From the NCBI GenBank assembly GCA_024679065.1, contig JAGIQG010000003.1:79732001-79796000 (forward strand): a stretch of 64,000 nucleotides of DNA. The letters are read 5' to 3'. Made by a program: the position numbers and the translations under genes. The DNA comes from Sphyrna mokarran (Eukaryota). The notes under the pieces are model-generated. The model did not search any database. It was not told the DNA's origin and saw nothing but the letters and a program-made list of their open reading frames with translations. Below, piece after piece: positions 1-12,328 of this stretch (position 1 is its first letter; the number at the start of each line of letters is the position of its first letter).

Positions 1-6
1 GATATT

Positions 7-485
7 GATGTACTTGTTTTTATCCTACAGGTGCTTTGGTCCACCTTGTTGTCTAACAAGGGGCATACATGCAATGGGTCGTGAGAGGACTGCTCTTGGA
101 TCTTTTTCGAGAGTATCCTACTGCTTCACGTCGTTAGTGTACGCTTGACCTGGACCATCTGATGGGCAACACGACAGCTCAGTGACTATCGCTGTGCTGT
201 GCAGATACATGGATTTGGCCTGTGTCTGTGGGAGTTTGTGCATTCTCCCTGTGCTTGCGTGGGTTTTCTCCGGGTGCTCCGGTTTCCTCCCACATCCCAA
301 GGATGTGCTCTTAGGCTAATTGGCAAAACAAATTCTCCCTAAATTGTCTCAAATTTGGTTTTTAATCCATAGACCTATAAACATGGACAGGGATCACGGG
401 TAGAGATGGGAACATCAGGGTGGCGGTGCGGGCTTGTTGGGCCGAAGGGCCTGTTTCCCGTGCTGTTTTGTTCTTTGTTCTTTGT
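7..485 (+). mobile_element. V-SINE (HE1-related) with 5' extension and CR1-type tail
   Basis: V-domain (gtgggttttctccgggtgctccggtttcctcccaca), tail gggccgaagggcctgtt...(ttctttg)n; second copy at 21574-21973. Confidence 0.85.
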
Positions 486-499
486 AACTGCCCCTTGGA

Positions 500-3400
500 T
501 CCTATGCCCTCTCACCTTTGGGGCAACACACCTCTCACTTCACTTGCTGTTGCTGGCTTGTCCTGGGTCAAGTCGCAAACCCGCTTGCCTTGCCTTCTCA
601 TGGGTTGATCTCGCCTCAAGGTGACTTGATTACAGCACCTCACACCTTGTTGCTGGCCTGCCCTTAGCCCTGGATTGAGTCACCTTCTTGCCTTACCTGA
701 CTCAAATTGATGGCTGACCTCACCAGTTTTTGCTGATGCTCACCTGCCCTGGGTCAAATCATAAACTTGTTTGCCTTTCTCAAAGATAGTAAAACTTCAG
801 TAGCCCCGCTTCTCCCTCTCTAATGAGTCACTTATCTTCGTACTTCAATTTAACTGTTTCTTCAGTTCAAATGACCCAGTATTTTCCCACTCTTCCAGAT
901 TCACTAATAAGTGCATTGCCTGCAGATAATCAGGCTGTGTTTGGATGCCCAGTGCATTAGCCATTCCTAATGTCTGCCTTTCTATTTCAGACATAATATG
1001 CAGCTTCCCTCAATTTGCATCTCTCCCGGAGATATCACACCAGTAGCATTCTTCATAGCTTTTAGTCAGTGGATCTAATTCCCTATACCTCTACACTTTT
1101 GTTCCAAACCCCTCTGCTTATTACTTGTTGTGAGAATTATTACTTTCAGTTCCAAGGATCCAATTGGACCAGCACATAATTCTTCACATCATCCACCTGA
1201 AATGCCCTCTCCAATTTTGTCGAGTCATACGTCTTCTGTGTGTTTTGTTTTGCCTCCTCCCTCCCTGCCAAATTAAAAGTTACGAGACCCAATGTTGTAA
1301 AATATAACTGTATATTAATTTGATAGGTAACATCTACAGTGACGTGGGATGATTTTCTAAGGCCATTAGGAAATGAACTAGCTTGATTTGTAGAAACGCT
1401 GTTGATTGTTTCTTTATGGTGGCTCTAAATGTTTGGATAGCTTTCTCAGCCAGCCCATTTGAAGCAGGGTGATAAGGTGCAGTTCGAATATGTTGAATGT
1501 TGTTGGTTGTCATGAAATGCTGAAACTCTTTAACAGTGAAAGCTGTCCCATTAACACTTACTAGCATCTTGGCAATCCACAGGTGGTGAATGTCTATCTC
1601 AATTTCTTGACTGTTGCTGATGAAGTCGTGGACTTCATTTTGTGTATGCCCAACCATTTGAAGTGTGCATTTATTATGAGGAGGAACATTGCGCCCATGA
1701 ATTGGGCCTGCAAAATCAACATGTAGTTGCACCCATGGCCACTCCCAATGGTGCATTAAGGCCCGGATGGCACGTTTTGCTGCATTTGACATTGGTCACA
1801 TTGTTTGTCCAGTTTCCCAATGTCAGTTTCTATCCCGAGCTACTACATGAACATCTTCATCTTTGTCAGGATGGACACAAAGAAAATAGGTGCAGATGGA
1901 AGCCATTTAGCCCATCGAGCCTGCACTAGCAATGTGACACAATGTGACTTGCAACAATAACTTTCTAGCAGAAGTGGAAATAACCACCTTTGCTACCCAT
2001 AACAATGTGCTGTCCTCACAACTTAACTCAACATTTCTTATCTAAAAGAGCCTTAACTGCTCAGATCTGTTATCGTAATGCCAGCCATGGAGGACCACAT
2101 GTTTAAGTTGAGATAATATGGACTCTTTCAGGGTCCAAAACATAATCTGTTGTGCCAACATGAGCAATATATCGAGAAAATTTCCTGTAGTACCATAGAG
2201 GCGGTATGCTTTCGGGTAGGGGAAGGCAACTTAATGTGTCCACATTTAGAATGTGTGTGCCTGGCCTGTGTTGAAAGATAGTCATAGGCTGCTAGCCATA
2301 GAAATAGAGTTGAACCCTCACTGAACCTATGAGAGGAATGGCCTCATCCCCTTAAATAGATTCAAGGTTTTTGGTTAGTGGCTATTATGAAATGCCATCC
2401 ATAAACGTACTGATGGAACTTCTTCACTCTGAAGATGACAAAATAAAATCAGAGACTGGATGATTGCAATGCCAGTTTAACTTGGTCAAAGGTTTCTTTC
2501 TGTTTTTTTTACCAATGCTATCTCTGGTGCTTCTTGAGTTGTCTGTGTAGGGATGCCAATACAGAAGAAAGATTAGGAATAAATCCGATAAATGTTCACC
2601 ATTCCTAAAAATATTTCAATTATGATACATTTCTGGGAATCAGTGTCTCCTTTTTTGCTTTAAAATTCTCCTTCACAGGATGCATCCTTTTTGCGTCCAC
2701 TTTGAACCCTAAGTATGTTACTTTGTGAGCTTGGCACATACATTCTTCCCTTTTTAGCCTCATTTTAGTCTTCTTAAATTTCTTCAAAATGTCTTTGAGA
2801 TTTTCCATGTTCTCCTTCTTGGATGGTCCTGTAATAATATTATTTTCTACTTTGACAACCTCCTTAAGTAGATTCCGTAGTAAGCTTTACATTGTGTGCT
2901 GGAAAATTGCATATGTCGATGAGAGTCTGAAGGGTAGTTAAGTATACCTTTGTGGGTATTTATTGTAACAAATTCACTAGATACCTGTCTAACTCTGATT
3001 GTTGGTACACATCGCTCATTACAAGGTTGTCCCACAGGATATGCAGAACCTTAGTCTGGTAGAGGATTGTCTCTGCAAGGAATTCGACTAGCTAAGAATT
3101 GCCAACACGCTTCTGTACCTGTAAATCCAGTAATTTAAAGAAACTTTGACAAAATAGGTTCCGCCCTGTCCCGGGGATAGTTGCTGATATGCATTCGACC
3201 TGAAATTTGCAATCGCACCTATCAAGGTAACAGAAGCCTTACCGAGACCTCCAGCCCAAACAATCAGCTTAGAGGGAAGTCGCTTTTATCAGTACCTGGT
3301 GTGAGGCAGCGAATGGACATGTTGAGCCCAGACTCAACGTGTAAGGTATAAGGTCGATCTCTGTAAACTTTGGCATAGCCTCAAGATCCACGTAAATTTT

Positions 3401-4740
3401 GCCTTTGGGTGCTATATCTTGTCTAACTCATCTCGAAACATCTCCTGGTATGTTTTTAAGACATCATGGCAGTTTCCATTGTTGAATTTGAAGATTTCTA
3501 GCTAATTTAATATAATTTTGCAAACTCAGTGTCAGTCCATTAAACTTAGCTCTTATTATTAGAGGCAGTTGAACTGACTAATGCCGATAACTTATGGGCG
3601 TTGTTGTCGCTCCTAGGATACCATATGTGTTGCAAACCTGGCCACGTGCTTCTTAACTTTGGGGTCTGAACCCCTCTTTGTAAATAATATTACAAAAGTA
3701 ATACTGCCAGAGGTAGTAGGAGAGGACGGTACAATTATATCTTTAAAAAAGCATTTGGATAGTTACATGGGCATGATGGGTATAGAGGGACATGAGCCAA
3801 ATTGGGATTAGTTTAGGGGTTTTAAAAAAAAGAGCAGCATGGACAAGTTGGGCCAAAAGGCCTGTTTCCATGCTGTAAACTTCTATGACTCTATGACACA
3901 TTTATTCTCCTACAACTGTTGTGCCTTCTTCATTCTGAGTTTACCATCAATGTAGCCATGATTGGAGCCATCTTGTCCAGATTAATGTTGCTTAATCTGT
4001 ATAATTTAGAATCATTTTCACGGTTATTTTCAACGTTGTGCACTGGAGTCGGAATTTTTTACTCCCCCCCAGTGGGCAGTGATTATTTGTTCCTAGTGTG
4101 TTCCCCTCCTATTTCAGGCACTATATGGATCTTTGCTGAATTTATATCTCTCCTGGGGATATCACACTAGTAGCATTTTTCATAGTTCTAGTTAGTGGAT
4201 CAAATTCTCTACACCTCTGCATTCTCTTTTGCTCAAAGCCTCTCTCCTCATTATTTTCTGCACCCTCCTCCCTGGCGTCTCAACTACCAGTGGTTTTCCA
4301 CCAAACTTGGTGGACTTCACCTGCTTGCATGCTCTGCAGCTCCATTGCCTCCCTTTATGGCATTTTTTATAGCCTGGCTGACCCTTAGAGCCTTCTTTAA
4401 AGTAATCTTTGCCTCTGCTAATAATTTATTTTGTTTAGTCGTGTTGTTATCACCACAGACTAACCTATGTATCAACATTTCGCTAGTGCAGACCCAAACT
4501 TGCACTGTTCAGCCGTTTGTCTTATGTGTGCAACAAATGCCTCTTTGATACTAACAAGACTCTTGTTGTCAAATTAAATTTGTATTGCCACATGATTAGC
4601 AAGGGCATCACATGATAATGTCCCTTGACTTATTCCATAAGCTCCTTGAAAGTTTTGAAGTCTGGCATTTGAGAAAGAGGAATCCTTATCAGGTTATATG
4701 TTAGAGCCCCTCAGCCTGTTAATATCCCTAATAACCCTAA
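500..4740 (-). mobile_element. Decayed Ty3/Gypsy (K02A2.6-like) internal region: gag, RT, RNase H, integrase
   Basis: Integrase (PWVQLHVDFAGP...TAPYHPASNGLAEKAIQTF) at 1334-1792; RT (VTYLGFKVD, TINTHKG) at 2620-3035; gag-like remnant near 4320-4720; many stops and frameshifts. Confidence 0.9.
3695..3895 (+). mobile_element. CR1 3' fragment nested in Gypsy
   Basis: LPEVVGE-type ORF2 end, gggcc...ggcctgtt 3' UTR, (tctatgac)n tail. Confidence 0.8.
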
Positions 4741-5127
4741 TCTGAATCTTTTATCATTTTGCTGATGATTGGAACTAAATTGATGGGACAGTAATTGGTA
4801 GAATTCAATTTGTCACGCTTTTTGAGGACAGAACACACCTGGGCAATTTTTCACATTGTCAAGCAATTGCCAGAACTGCAGATGTGCTGGAACAACTTGG
4901 CCAGGGATGCAAATCTTTATTCCTACTGCCAATGTATCGTCAAAGCCTTAGACTTTTCAGTATGCAGTGTCTTCAGCTGTTCCTTCATATCACATAGAGA
5001 GAATCAAATTTGCTGAAGACTGCATATGTGATGCTGGGGAATATTAGGGACAAGCAGAGTTGGATCACCCACTTGGCACTTCTGCTTGAATATTTTTGCA
5101 AACGATTCTTATATTTTGCACTGTTAA

Positions 5128-6195
5128 GAACATAAGAACATAAGAACTAGAAACAGGAGTGGGCTATTTGCCCCCTCAAGCCTGTTCTGCCATTCAATAA
5201 GATCATGGCTGATCTTTTTGTGGACTCCACTTACCCGCCTGCTTATTCCTTTACTGTACAAGCAGTTACTTATCCTTGCTTTAAAAATATTCAATGAGGT
5301 AGCCTCAACTCCTTCACTGGGCAGGGAATTTTACAGATTCACAACTCTTTGTGCAAAGAAGTTCCTCCTCAACTCAGTTCTAAATCTGCTCCCCTTTATT
5401 TTTAGGCTATGACCCCTAGTTCTATTTTCATCTGCCAGGGGAAACAACTTCCTGCTTCTATCTTATCTATTCCCTTCATAATTTTATATGTTTCTACAAG
5501 ATTTCCCCTCATTCTTCTGAATTCTGATGAGTATAGCCCCACTCTACTCAGTCTCTCCTCATAAGCCAACCCTCTCAACTCCTGAATCAACCTAGTGAAT
5601 CTCCTCTGCGCTCCCTCCAGTGCCGGTATATCCTTTCTCAAGTCAGGAGACCAAAACTGTACATAGTACTCTGGATATGGCCTCACCAGCACCTTATACA
5701 GCTGCAATATAACCTCGCTGTTTTTAAACTCCATCCCTCTAGCAATGAAGGACAAAATTCCATTTGCCTTCTTAATATTTGCTGCACCTGCAAACCAACT
5801 CCTTGAGATTCCTGCATAAAGACACCAAGGTCCCTCTGCACAGCAGCATCCTGCAATTTTTTACCATTTAAATAATGGTCCATTTTCCTATTATTCCTAC
5901 CAAAATGGATGACTTCACATTTATCAACATTGTACTCCATCTGCCAGATCCTCGCCCACTCACTTGGACTATCTATATCCCTTTGCAGACTTTCAGCATC
6001 CTCCGCATACTTTGCTCTTCCACCCATCTTAGTGGCATCGTGAATTTTGACACACTACACTTGATGCCCAACTCCAAATCATCTATATAAATCGTAAACA
6101 ATTACGAACCCAACACTGATCCGAGGCAAACCACTAGTCATTGATTGCCAACCAGAAAAACACCCATTCACTCTCACTCTTTGCTTTCTGTTAAT
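5128..6195 (-). mobile_element. 5'-truncated CR1 LINE
   Basis: RT C-terminal ORFs (WQMEYNVDKCEVIHFG; LYKVLVRP...YVQFWSP); (aagaacat)n tail at 5128. Confidence 0.92.
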
Positions 6196-6199
6196 TAGG

Positions 6200-7850
6200 C
6201 TCTCACACTATTGAGAATGGGGATATTTGTGAAGCCTCCAGTGTTTCATTGTCTATCACCATTCTTGGCTGGATGTGGCAGGACTGTACAGCCTAGATCT
6301 GATCTATTGCTTGTGGGATTCCTTAACTTAGCTCTATCTATTGCATGCTGTCCCCCTCTTTAACATGTTTGTCAACACGTGTTGTAGTTTCACCCTGTTG
6401 TCACACAGCATTTTTATGTGTGCCTGATGCTGCTCTGCATATGGCGTCTTGCAGTCTTCATTGAACCAGGGTTGATCCCCCACCTTGATGATAATGATAG
6501 AATGGGGAATATGCCACGCTATGAGGTTACAGATTGTGGCTGTGTACAATTCTGCTGCTGATGACCCACAGTGTCTCATTGTTCACTAGTCTTAAGTTGC
6601 TCGGTCTGTTCTGAATCGCTCTCATTTTAGCACAGTGGTAGTGCCACCAAACACAAGGGATATCCTCAGTGTGAAGAAAGGAGTTTATTTCCACTCTTAA
6701 CAGTAATGTCATGGACATCTGCATTTATAACATATAGAAAGATGCTTATGATGTAAAGTTTTTTCCTCCTGTTGGTTTCCTCATCAGCAGGCACAACTCA
6801 TTCTGGTTACTATGTCCTTTAGAATTCAACCAGCCTGGACAGTAATGATACTACTGAGCCACCATTAAGATGTCTTACCCAGAATACATTCTGTGCCCTT
6901 ACCACTTCAGTGCTTCCTCTAACTGGTATTGAACATGGAGGAATTTTTATTCATCAGCTGAGAGAGGATGTTCCCTTGCCCATGTTTGACCTGATGCTAT
7001 GAGACTTCATGGGATTTGGAACCAATTTTGAAGACAACCATTGTACTACTACCTCTGCTGAGTCTGTCCTGATGTGGTGATGTCAATATTGGACTGAGGT
7101 AGACACAGTAAGAAGTCTCACAATACCAGATTAAGATCCAATAGGTTTATTTAGTAGCAAAATCCATTAGCTTTCGGAATGCTGCCTCTTCATCAGGTGA
7201 GTGGGAATTCTATTCACATTCTTTATACGTCCTGTTTGTGAATAGAACTCCCATTCACCTGACAAAGGGGCAGTGATCCAAAAGCTAGTGGATTTTGCTA
7301 CCAAATAAACCTCTTGGACTTTAAACTGGTGTGTGAAACTTCTTACTGAGTCTGTCCTGCCCACAGGACAAGATATACCCAAGATGGTGATGGGGGAGTC
7401 TAGAACACTTTCTGGGGTATGATTCCATGAGTGTGATGACTATGTCAAGCTGTTGACAAGTTTCTGACACAGTTCTCTCAATTTTGACGTAAGTTGATGT
7501 TTGTGAGGAGGACTTTATAGAATAGATTGGGAATGATGTGTTCTTTGTCATGTCTGATGCTTAGATCGAAACCAGGTGATCCACCCAATCTTCACTTATT
7601 TGGCTTTTCTATACAACTGAGTGATTTTTTGGCCATTCAAACAGACAGAAAGAGTCAACTCTCTTGTTATGGCTCTGCAGTCATATTCCAATCAAACTGA
7701 ATAAGAAAGGCCAATTTCCTTTCCTAATAGAGATTAGTGAATCAGATGAATTTTCACAACAATCTGGTAGCTTTTTCATTCCTGATTTATTAATTAATTG
7801 AATTTAAATGGCCACAGCTTCCATGTGGGATTCAAACTCACTGCTCCAGA
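6200..7850 (-). mobile_element. Old non-LTR retrotransposon (CR1-clade) endonuclease/linker remnant; continues at about 4760-5125
   Basis: GDQPWFNEDC motif at 6334-6579; heavily decayed; split by CR1 and Penelope insertions. Confidence 0.65.
7072..7348. mobile_element. Palindromic non-coding Penelope-like insertion with hammerhead-like cores
   Basis: Inverted arms 7106-7218 and 7237-7348; CTGATGA...GAAA core; 14-bp TSD CTGAGTCTGTCCTG at 7058-7071 and 7346-7359. Confidence 0.85.
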
Positions 7851-8110
7851 GCATGAGCCTGAGCTTTGATTTACTGCTCCAATAACAGTATGACCGTACT
7901 ATGGTTCACTCAAATAAGCCCTTTGAACTTTTTGGTCTGCTAGAGTTAGAGACAGTGTAATGTCTCAACCATAACAACTGGGACCCAATCTCTATCAACA
8001 GTGAGACATCCCACATCGTCAGGGACCAACCAACTTGAAACTCCTGTGTGGATTTAAGGAGCAGTCATCCAATCCACACTTGATTTAGCAGCTATAAAAA
8101 GTATACTTAC

Positions 8111-8196
8111 TGTAAAATTCTCTGCATTTGATGCTGAGACAATGGTGTAAATTTGGGAAAGAGGTGCTGCTGTTTCTTTAACATGAACTGTAACTC
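8111..8196 (-). CDS. CDHR-like cadherin, exon 5 (EC2 start, VTVHVKETAAPLSQIYTIVSASNAENFT)
   Basis: Acceptor ttttttaacag, donor ACA|gtaagt, 86 nt, phase 1 to 0; VxVxE...IYT cadherin A/B-strand pattern. Confidence 0.9.
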
Positions 8197-8504
8197 CTGT
8201 TAAAAAAATTCAAGAAGATGATGTCACGTGGAGTACAAATTAGACTGTAGCAATACGTTTGAAAACTTTAAAGTCTTAGTATTCTCATGTTTTTCTCCAC
8301 TTCCTAATCCAAAACCAGTTCCTAGTTTGCATAGATCCAAAGCTACGATTGAAATAAATCAGTGGGCCAGTGAATCCAACTGTGCAGTAGCTGAACTGGA
8401 AGTGCAGGGAGGCTAGAAATACAGTCAACCCCACGCATTAATATCCCTTGGCCTGCTGAGCATTAGGCTCACAGGAAGACAAATATGAGGAAGGAATCAC
8501 CTAC

Positions 8505-8670
8505 CTCCTGGAGTCTGGAACTGTACACCACAGTGGTCATCTGGAACATCTTGTACAAAGAGCAGAATATGGTCAAAGTGAGAGGTGGTATTAAGTCCAC
8601 TGATTATGACAGTGAGCAGGTACATGGGTGTCCATTCATAATTCAAGGATACTCCATTATTCAGAAATAT
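8505..8670 (-). CDS. CDHR-like cadherin, exon 4 (EC1 C-half, IFLNNGVSLNYEWTPMYLLTV...VQDVPDDHCGVQFQTPG)
   Basis: Not in the ORF track. Acceptor cttctcttttag, donor G|gtaggt, 166 nt, phase 0 to 1. LNYE, YxLxV and DVPD motifs; CxxQFxxP resembles the CDHR4 EC1-EC2 linker as recalled. Confidence 0.92.
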
Positions 8671-9761
8671 CTAAAAGAGAAGTATTTTAGTGTCAGTTGT
8701 TGGGAACATATAGCTAAAAAGGAGACCTGGCATCATTCTCTTAAGGGCAACTTGGAATGGACAATAAACATTGTCTTGCTTGTAATGAGTTCTCTCCAAG
8801 AATTAATTTTAACAACTGAAGTCAAAACATCACAATTGTTAAAACTCCCTTTATACTTATCTAACTCCATGATATGAAGTTGTGCCTAATGTGCATCACT
8901 TCAAGAGGTAGTACAATCCAATTCTGACTCTTGGGCACATCTAAACCAAATAGTGTGAGATTTCCAGTCCACTACAGAGTATAAAGGACAATTGAAAATG
9001 ACTTTTTATGAGCTCTGAACTGGTTTACATCAAATTTCTCTTTCTATTATTTATAAATGAAGCTCAATAAGCTAATATCATCACTTTATAAGAGAGTGGA
9101 ATTTAACAAGAGCAGAGGAGTTTTTTTACACTTCATTTCAAGGCATGTGTGTTGCAGGGCAGGGGTGGGGTGGGGGGAAGTGTGGTTCTTGCTAGCAAAG
9201 CCTTCTTTTATTGCTCATCCCTAATTATATTTGAGAAGGTGATGAAGAAACACCTTCTTGAACCGCTACAGTCAATATCCTGTAGGAGCACCCACAATGC
9301 TGTTTGGAAGGGAGATCTAGGATTTTGATACCATGACAATGAAGGAGTGATGGTAGTCAAGATGGGAGTGATTTTGAGGAAAAATGCAAATGTTGATGTT
9401 CCCAATGTATCTCCTACCTTTGTCACTCTAGAGGCTGCAGATGTGAAAAAAGGTTTTTACAATATTATTTAAATCTTCATGCCTCCAGTCCTGTGCAACA
9501 AACCTCATTTTAAAGACACAACGGCATATGTCAATTGAAGTTCCTCAAGTCACTATTGGATGTCTTTAATTTTACAATAAGCTGCATATTCCAAAATCAC
9601 ACTTTCAACTTTCGTACAAGGGGCAGGACTTACGTATCAGCAGATTCAGTTTGAGACTCTGCCGGTGAAACTCAATTCTGCTCACTGCATATTCCATTGT
9701 AAAAACCCTAGCCTTAGACCTGTCTCTCTGATACTATCAGTCTTAAACATTCATATTAAAG

Positions 9762-10110
9762 GGCTTAGTGGTATTATCACTAGACAATTTATCCAGAAAC
9801 TCAGTTTAATGTTCTGGGGATCGAGATTCAAACTCCACCCCAGCAGATAGTGGAATTTGAATTCAATAAAAGATATCTGGAATTAAGAACTTACTGATGA
9901 CCACAAAATCATTGTTGATTGTCAGAAAAACTCAGTTGGTTCACTAATATCCTTTAGGGAAAAAAATCTGCTATCCTTATCTGGTCTGGCCTGGCCTACA
10001 TGTGACTCCAGAGCCAAAGCAATGTGGTTGACTCTCTATTGCCCTCTAGCAACAAGGGATGGGCAATAAATGCTGGCCAGCCAGCAACGTCCATGTCCCA
10101 CAAATGAGAA
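9762..10110 (+). mobile_element. tRNA-derived SINE with LINE-type tail
   Basis: Box A/B-like agtggtatt and gagattcaaactc; tail gggatgggcaataaatgctggcc related to LINE 3' ends at about 9190-9440, 33090-33660 and 35960. Confidence 0.7.
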
Positions 10111-10574
10111 AAAGAGGACTTTGAACAGAAGAAATTATTTGGCTGCTGATGTTTCTGGTGGAGTCAAGACTGCTAGTTGGGTTTTGATGAACTCATGAAG
10201 GCCAGGTCTACACATTTAAAGAAAGATCTTACCATCTTTGAGCAGCTGTCTTTGGTGATTAGCATTTAAATTTGCCTTGGGCAGGATTGGGGCAGCTTAT
10301 GTCAATTGAAGTCAACTCTAGATGGACAAATCCATGGAGGTTTCACTCCATGACTTCACACCTGCAATCACCCCACTCCAGATTCCTGCTATTGGTCATT
10401 CGACAGGTCCAATCTCACAGAGCCTTGCAATTCCTATAGCCAATTGGAATTTGAATTAATTTATTGTTAATGGATTGGATGATTCTTAATTGTCAATCTA
10501 ATAACCTTTTCCCAACTCCAATATATCAATAGCTAGTAATTAAAATTGTTTGAATACGATGCAATAAAACACAA

Positions 10575-10765
10575 AATGTATTGGAATTCTTTGCTGCAGA
10601 AGGCTGTGGAGGCCAGGTCATTGAGTGTCTTTAAGACAAAGATAGATAAGTTCTTGATTGATAAGGGAATCAGGGGTTATGGGGAAAAGGCAGGAGAATG
10701 GGGATGAGAAAAGAAAATCAGCCATGACTGAGTGGCCAAGTTCTGCTCTGAAGTCTTATGCTTTT
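10575..10765 (+). mobile_element. CR1 3' fragment
   Basis: WNSLLQKAVEA-type ORF2 end and 3' UTR. Confidence 0.75.
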
Positions 10766-10952
10766 ACTTTAATGTGTCTGCTCCTCAACTAGTCATAGCA
10801 GAATCATGGAGATTTATATTTAATTCTAGGAGATTCCAGGGCAACCCCACTCAATTGGTAACCCAAAGGCTCCATTTTATCAGCACCCAGACTGAAAAAT
10901 TCAGATTCACCCAAGGCATCAACGTGTGAGGCGGTGATATCAATGAACGCAC

Positions 10953-11149
10953 CTCCACTGTATATTTATTAGTAGTCTTTGTCTGAAGTGTCCTTTTAAA
11001 AGTGGATGTAAAGAATTCAGTTTCTGGCTTGGAAGTGACTGCGGTTATCGCAATTGTATCCTCGAACACAATTGCCTCGAACTCATGAATCTTGGTTCCT
11101 GCAGGACTGTTCTCTGGTATGGTGACAGTTCTTTCAAAATGTTCCAATA
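10953..11149 (-). CDS. CDHR-like cadherin, exon 3 (EC1 N-half, LEHFERTVTIPENSPAGTKI...KYTVE)
   Basis: Cadherin VTIPENSPAGT motif; acceptor ctcttcctattctgtctag; donor GAG|gtgcgt; 197 nt, phase 1 to 0. Confidence 0.92.
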
Positions 11150-11508
11150 CTAGACAGAATAGGAAGAGATATATTGTTAACCTTATGGGGAACATTGAGA
11201 AATTTCCATGTTTCTGGGTTCAAGTCTCACATAAGTGTTGGCTACAGATCAGTGTATCTTAAAAAGTCTTGTAGTCTTCAGTAGGTTAATTGTAAGTTTT
11301 TGTTAATTACTAGAGCTAATTACAAATGAATAATCAGAAACCTGAATGCAAAAACTATAAGCTGACAATCCAACTCAATACTGAGAGAGTGCAGCATTGT
11401 CAGAGGTGTTGGAGGCGATTCTCAAAAATAACTAAGTGCCCAACAGGCAGGAATATAGAAGTTTCTCCTGGCTGTTTCTCCAGGACTCTGTACATGACAG
11501 AGTCCCTA

Positions 11509-12328
11509 GGCTCTATTTTATTATTTTGATTCTGAGTGCTGGGTGAACTTGAAACTGGGAGTGTTCAGATCCGACTTTTAGACACGTTGTCAGATATGCC
11601 CATATGCACTCTGCCTGAAAAAATATCAGAAATTTCAAATTGCATTGCAGATGCCTGTGGACGAGGTTTATCGCACCCAAAATCTTGCAGCTCTGATAGG
11701 CGCCTCCAACTGCATGTGCAGAAAAGAAAATTAAAGAATATAGCTCACCTGCCACATCACTTCTGGGCCGGGTAATGCCTCCCCTTTTCCCCCACAGATA
11801 TTGCCCCATCCCCACAATATTATTGACCCTCTTATCCTCACACAGACTGAATACCGGTCCCTCACCCTCTTTCCCCCCCCACTGGCCTTAGGCAGAGTGA
11901 CCATGGACTCCCCCTTCCCACTCACTGATCATAGGTAGAGTGGCAGTGGATCCCTCCTCTCCCAATAACCTCAAGTAGAGAGCCATCGGAAGTTTGGCAC
12001 TTATCTCCTCACTAACTGGAGTGCCCAAATTAAACTTTTGTGGAGCATATCTGTTTTACAACAATTCTGGATGGGTGAACACAGTGGTAAAGAGGGAAGT
12101 GCCAGTAAGGTTGGGTGTGCAGTCCACTAAGTCAATTCAAATGTTTGCAAATGTATTTAATAGCCTTTGCACTGTTTTAGGCATGGTCCCAATCACAGCC
12201 ATTTTCAGGCCTTGGTAAAGGGGAAACTGGTGCGGAAGGAATGCCAATCACGCTACCCATCTCATACCCAACTTCACCAAGTTATTGTTCTTGAAAACAG
12301 GTGCAACTTGATGGTAAAATCGAGCCCC
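11509..12328 (+). mobile_element. Non-autonomous Harbinger derivative (MITE)
   Basis: TIRs ggctctatttta / taaaatcgagcccc, 3-bp TSD CTA; both subterminal regions match the ends of the 37566-47263 element. Confidence 0.85.

Noticed and set aside
1-8110. Cadherin exon 6
   Set aside because: No phase-0 cadherin-like exon found; the interval is almost all repeats, so the exon probably lies outside the window.
8485-8877. 130-aa plus-strand ORF
   Set aside because: Antisense shadow of cadherin exon 4.
11150-11195. MFPIRLTIYLFLFCL as the cadherin signal peptide
   Set aside because: It is the translated polypyrimidine tract of the acceptor; a better signal-peptide exon lies at 20741-20792.
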